Positions 57,040 to 64,000 of a DNA stretch of 64,000 nucleotides are shown piece by piece. The stretch comes from the human T2T-CHM13v2.0 reference genome, Homo sapiens, in NCBI RefSeq assembly GCF_009914755.1, contig NC_060930.1; one strand, 5' to 3'. Made by a program: the position numbers and the translations under genes. The notes beneath the pieces are model-generated. The model did no database searches, was not told the origin of the DNA, and was given only the letters and a program-made list of their open reading frames with translations. Every line of letters starts with the position of its first letter. The first letter of the stretch is position 1.

Positions 57040-57740
57040 ACCCAGTGTGTATCATTTAACAAAGAGTTACAAAGCAAACACCCATGTAACCATTGCACAG
57101 GTCAGGCGATAAAGCATTTCCAGCATCTCTGAGCCCCTGACCCTCTCCTCCCCACTAGGAGATGACCATTAGCTTGACTTTTTTTCTTTACTACTTTTAA
57201 TGCCTATACATGCATCCCTAAACAACAGCTTTGCTCCACCAGGTTCTGAATTTTACATAGAAGATATCACACAGCATTCTCCGGCAACTTTTTTTTTTTT
57301 TGGTTCAACACTGAAAGGCATTTGTGTTGAAACACAAAAATACTTCATTGGCCACTGTACAGTGTGCCCTTTTTATGAGTGGTGTATAATTTATCTTTCT
57401 CCTTCAGGTAGGCATGAAGGCGGCATCCAGTTTTCTGCCATTACAGTCAACCTTCTTGTACACGTCTGCTTGTGGACATGTATTAAAATTTATCTAGGGC
57501 AGTGGCTTTCAAACTTTTTTGTCCATGACTCATACTAAGGAATGACGTTTTACATCATGACACACATTTGTGTATGTATGAAACTGAGGAGGGGGAGAGA
57601 GATTCATAAAGCGAACACCCCTATGACCTGAGAGACACTGATGTTCTATTCTCCGTCTGTGTTTTACAAATTCTGATCATCCATTTAAATGACTTTACGA
57701 CCCACTAAAATGGACTTCAAATTCTGAAAAACATTGTTCT
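57040..57740. mobile_element. Antisense L1M fragment with a hAT-Charlie (MER) insertion at about 57495-57740
   Basis: aaacacccatgtaacc (L1); cagtggctttcaaacttttt...tgaaaaacattg (hAT ends). Confidence 0.5.
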
Positions 57741-58449
57741 TAAGGATGAATACCCAGGCGTGCAACTGCTGGATCAGGAAACACGGACATCGGACGTCGT
57801 CAACTTTTCCAGATCCTTAACTGTTAAATGTTCTTATCTAAGCGCATATAAATTTACCACTATTTAACTTCAGAGCGAAAAGCGTGAAACATCAGAGAAC
57901 ATTTTATCTTTTCCCTCGGTCATTAAACAGTATTAATCACTTACCATGTGCTAAGTAAGCAATCTCTGAGCCCAGCGAGACCGGTGGGTTAATACGCGGA
58001 GGGGCTGCGGGGGAGGACTTAGGGGACCAGGACCTCAGTGAGGCCCCAGAAAGCACCCGGGAGGGGCCTCCGATCCTGCCTGGGAGGGAGGGGTTAGAGG
58101 AGGATTCCTGGAAGAAGGAGGACCTAAGCTGGGTGTTTCTATTTTTGATTTTTATTGGTTTCCTAAAACATGAAAGTAACACATTTGATGAGAAAAAATA
58201 TTCAAAATTACAGGAGTATATTCAGTAAAAGGTAGAAATCCCCATTCCGCCCTGAAAGTTGGATGCGGAGACTAACAGAAGTCGCATTATCAGCTGTCCC
58301 GATCTAGGAAATTTTTAGGACCCCACGTTTTTAAATACTTTTAAGAGTATGTCTGATACAGTCTGTAATACTAAAGCATCAAAATAATCATATTTTCCAT
58401 AAGAGACGAAAGTGCAAACAGTTACTGTCTAGTCCCATTATTACTTGGA

Positions 58450-59470
58450 ACAGACTTTTTCTTCTTTTCCTTGTTCTGTTTTTTTCCTGGCCCGTTGGCG
58501 AGGTTAGAGCGCCAGGTTGTAAGAATCGGGTCTGTGGACCTCATACCAGATAGGCGCGAACGCCTCTGGCAGCGGCGTCCAGGGGGTCCGGCGGCACTCG
58601 CGGTGGGGCTGCCTGGGTTGCGGGTGACGATCTGCGGGGTCCCGCACCCGGCCCCGCGGAGCCCGGACCCGCACGTAGGCGGCGCGGCAAAGGCACACCC
58701 TCCTCGCGGCCGCGAACCCAGCGCCGTCCTCGCAGCGCGGCAATGCACGGCCACCGCTGCCCCCAGCCCGCCCGCCGCAGCCGCGAGCACCCAAACACCT
58801 ACCCTGCGGGGCGACGACCCCCGGAGCTCAGGCGAGGCCGCTCGGGCGTGCCACCTCCGCGGCCATGACGGCGACCCGGGGAAGCGCCCCGCGCGCCAAG
58901 GCCCCGCGCTGCTGAGCTGTGAGCACGGCTGCCCCGTCCGTCCGTCCGTCCAGCACCCGCCCGGAGAGTGAGGCCAGAGCACGCCCCAGCCGTGTCTAAA
59001 TCAAGGCTCGGGGCGGTACCGACGGGCTGAATGACAAATGGCAGATGCCGTGGGCTTTGCCGCCCGCGGCAGCCAAGAGGATGGCTGCGCCGAGGAGGCC
59101 GCGCGCAGGCGGGGCTCGGGAGCCGGAACGGCGCGGCCGCGAGGAGGGCGCTGGGGCCCCTGGCGGGGGCGTCACGTGGCAGGAGGAGGCCCCGCCGGGG
59201 AGCTGGGGGTCGGCGGCCGAGGCGGGGGGAGCTGAGCGGCACCCACACGTCCTGCGGGCCGGGTCACCGGTGGGGGCAAAGCCAAGGTCGCCCAGGTACA
59301 GCGCTGGCGCAGGTAGACCCGAGCCGGCCTGGGGTCTGCAGCGGGGCCTGCTAGCCGAAGTCTCCGCCAGGATGGGCCGCCAGAGCCCAATCACACATGA
59401 GAAACGCGACAGATGCTGGGACGCTGCAATAGGCCAAACTAACTTACCTCCTGTGCCAGCAGCGCCCAAG
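58450..59470. promoter_or_regulatory. PLAGL1: CpG island = PLAGL1/HYMAI P1 promoter and germline DMR (imprinting control region of the 6q24 TNDM locus)
   Basis: Very high GC and CpG density in an otherwise CpG-poor window. Six TGCCGC/GCGGCA hexamers (58591, 58684, 58737, 59058, 59066, 59236), GC boxes, E-box GTCACGTGG (59171-59179) and CCAAT near 59387. DMR status is established knowledge, not visible in the sequence. Confidence 0.9.
58803..59100 (-). other. PLAGL1: PLAGL1 non-coding first exon (P1); 5' end approximate
   Basis: Minus-strand donor CAGG|GTAGGT at 58803/58802, with a second possible donor GTAG|GTGTTT 4 nt further (58799/58798); lies inside the CpG island. Confidence 0.78.
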
Positions 59471-59484
59471 TGCAGCTGCCCAAA

Positions 59485-59615
59485 CGTGAGCACTGACCGT
59501 GAGCCAGGCACTGTCCTAAGCACTTTGCAGGTAAATACGTGTAATCCTCACAGCAACACTGGGAGAAATACCCGTCTCACAGCTGAAGAAACGAAGACGC
59601 AGAAAGGGTAGACAG
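59485..59615 (-). mobile_element. MIR bordering the CpG island
   Basis: gagccaggcactgtcctaagcacttt...taatcctcacagcaac. Confidence 0.7.
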
Positions 59616-60226
59616 AAGTAATTTTCTAATTACGGTATCACACTACGTCTGCTTCATATAATTTCAAATTTTTCATGTTACTGGAATTTAAGAAAAATAA
59701 ACTGAAGGGAATCTCTATTGCTTTCTTCCCTAAAAGACGTGCTTTTTAAAAGGCCTATAAGCATTACGTAAAAAGATTAAGAGAGGTGTAAGGAGCTCAC
59801 TACATGTTCGGGTTTAGAAAGTCTCATAGCTCTGAAAGATGAGGTTAATTAGCATCATACACCTCCACCTACCTTTAGGGGGTAACCCTGCCTCTCAATT
59901 TCCATTAGTTCTGTTACTTTCGGCTTCCTAGCAATGAGAACATTTGCAATTGCTCTGCAACTTTATTTTTCCAGATGTTGTCTTAATTCTATCTTTAAAT
60001 GAATTTGATATTCACTGTAACTTATCTATCCCTGAATTTTTATTTTTATTTAGTTCTTGATGGACTTCCTTCATTTTCAAGTCATATTCCTAAGGAGGGT
60101 TTATAGAGTGCTGCCATGTTTGAGAAGATCTGGTGTTTTTCTCTATACATAAATAAAAAGTGAGTTGGGTAAATATTTTCAATTCACACCTTCCTTCAAA
60201 ACCTAACAGAACAAGATGGCAATTGC

Positions 60227-62093
<1,867 letters not shown>

Positions 62094-62934
62094 TTCAAAG
62101 ATTTCTGTGGAAAGATCTTAATCCCATGTAATTTTCCCCTTGGAGGTGGCTTGATTTTTCTGCTTGGATACCTGAAGAATTCTTTAACATTAATATACCC
62201 TTTAGTATTCTTATCTGGGCTATGCCTCTGTGTCAGTTATTCTAGATCAATTTTTCCCCCCAGCATACAGTATGATCTTCCAATTTATAGATTATGTTCT
62301 CTTCTAATGTCCCATGTATATTATATATCTGAATACGCTGCTTTTTCAGGGCTGAATGTTGTTTCTATCTACTTGTTCTGTGATCCAAGGTTTTTCGGAC
62401 AAGGAGAGGTGGGGGAAAAGGGGATGTGTGGAATTCAGCTCAGACAGAGTATAAAGCTTGCTGGAGGAACTCAACCTTCACATCTGAGATTCCTTTAAGT
62501 CCTCTGGCAGCTGGACTTCAAGCTAGCCAAGGGAACATCCCATGCCTCAGAGTTTCAGTTCATTTGCTCAGTTCAGCACAGTATCCCAGAAAGTGGGAAA
62601 CTTTCCTGCCTCTGGCAAGATCCAACAGTGGTATGCAAAGGTTCCTCAACATCTCACAGGTGTGCCCTGCCTTTCCACATTGGGGGACGTTTGTGAGAAT
62701 TCTTAGGATTTGGTCTGATCATCTTTTTCCTCAACATGTCTTGCAGCGGTGGGTGGAGGGCTGGGCAGACATAGGTTCATCTGGAGACAAAGCACGCCTC
62801 CATAGAATCTTCTGTTCTCTTTGTTTTTGCTATCAATTCTCAAATTTTACATTATAAGGTTGTACTTTTTTCTTCTTTGGTTGCAGCATGTAAGTTTTTT
62901 GTTGCTTTCTTTCCTTTGGGTGATTTAGTGTTTT

Positions 62935-63247
62935 GTTTTGTTTTTGAGACAGAGTCTCGCTCTGTCACCCAAGCTGGAGTACAGTGGCATGATCTTGGCT
63001 CACCGCAACCTGCCTCCCGGGTTCAAGCAATTCTCCTGTCTCAGCCTCCTGAGTAGCTGGGATTATAGGCGTGCACCATCACAACCGGCTAATTTTTGTA
63101 TTTTTAGTAGAGGCTGGTATGGGGGTGCTGGGTTGGGGGGAAGTTCGCCATGTTAGCCAGGCTGGTCTCAAACTCCTGACCTCAGGTGATCCGCCTGTCT
63201 CAGTCTCCCAAAGTGCTGGGATTACAGACGTGAGCCACCATGCCTGG
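62935..63247 (-). mobile_element. AluS (Sx-like) with TSD
   Basis: TSD tgatttagt(g/a)tttt at 62921 and 63249. Confidence 0.9.
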
Positions 63248-63502
63248 ATGATTTAGTATTTTAATTTTGATTTTTTTAGTGCTTCCTTGTGCCATCTTTA
63301 TCCAGAAGTCAGTCAAGCAGTCTTTCTTTCTCACTGGTAATGAACTATATGAAATCCTTTTTTATCTTTAGGTTATTTCCACAGTGGTCTCTTTGAACAT
63401 GACTATGTTGACCTGGTAGCTGTGACACACTCTTTTTCTCCTGAGCTTTCCCTCAATGACGCATGCTTTGGCATTACAGCATGCCCTAGCAAAGCTTCTG
63501 GA

Positions 63503-63785
63503 GCAGGGGTTGCAAACTCAAATCTCTACAAAGTTTAAAACAGTGAGGAACAACGGGACTGTGGTAAAGTGAAAAGGACATTCTTTGTGTAAGGGGCAGA
63601 TGCTCAGCTCAGGCCAATGGCTGCCATGTTTGAACTCAGGGCAGGGTTGCCACATCTGCATAATTTTCAAGGGAAGTATGCTATCTAACATTTTAATATA
63701 AAATCTTCTAATTTTGGAAACACTGCAGAGGCCACATGAAGTATTTCTCCAGGTCAAACTGGACCCAAGGGTTGCCAGCGTGGTC
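63503..63785. mobile_element. hAT-like MER DNA element
   Basis: caggggttgcaaactcaaat...ggtcaaactggacccaagggttgccag; subfamily not resolved. Confidence 0.4.
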
Positions 63786-64000
63786 ACTGTAGTAGACAGA
63801 ACCCCTCAGGACAAATTCCATAATCACACTTTTTCTCTAAGTATTTGGAGATTCCATTTTATTCTGCAGACTATTGAATGACTTCTTAACATTTCTTCAG
63901 CAAATGCAGAACAAGAAAATTCATGCTGACACATCTATAGGTTGATACAATGTGTCAGGACCCAACACTTTCAGGAACAGGTGTTACCAGGGGTAACAGC

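Noticed and set aside
58422-59611. Overlapping 85-188 aa ORFs on both strands in the CpG island
   Set aside because: Ala/Arg/Pro/Gly-rich frames expected from stop-codon scarcity in GC-rich DNA; no recognisable domain.

Overview
This is primate (most likely human) genomic DNA and contains no protein-coding exon. I recognise it as the 5' half of the imprinted PLAGL1 (ZAC1)/HYMAI locus on 6q24, transcribed on the minus strand. This identification is from recall of the mRNA leader and exon layout, not from a search. A CpG island at about 58.45-59.47 kb carries six ZFP57 TGCCGC motifs and holds the first exon; it matches the maternally methylated germline DMR / P1 promoter. Five short non-coding exons follow, at 35844-35883, 19614-19685, 16861-16933 (GC donor), 15490-15521 and 11172-11245/11259; the coding exons should lie just left of the window. 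The rest is intron filled with Alu, L1, L2, MIR, MaLR/ERVL and hAT repeats, and nearly all ORF-track entries are spurious or L1/Alu-derived. I see no new multi-gene system. The best unexplained structures are: a ~97% identical 172-bp inverted duplication; a 90-bp templated insertion inside an Alu; a twin-primed L1PA whose poly(A) signals sit just upstream of the DMR; a splice-switchable set of uORFs; and an inverted Alu pair plus an A-tract inside HYMAI. Repeat boundaries and subfamily names are by-eye estimates.
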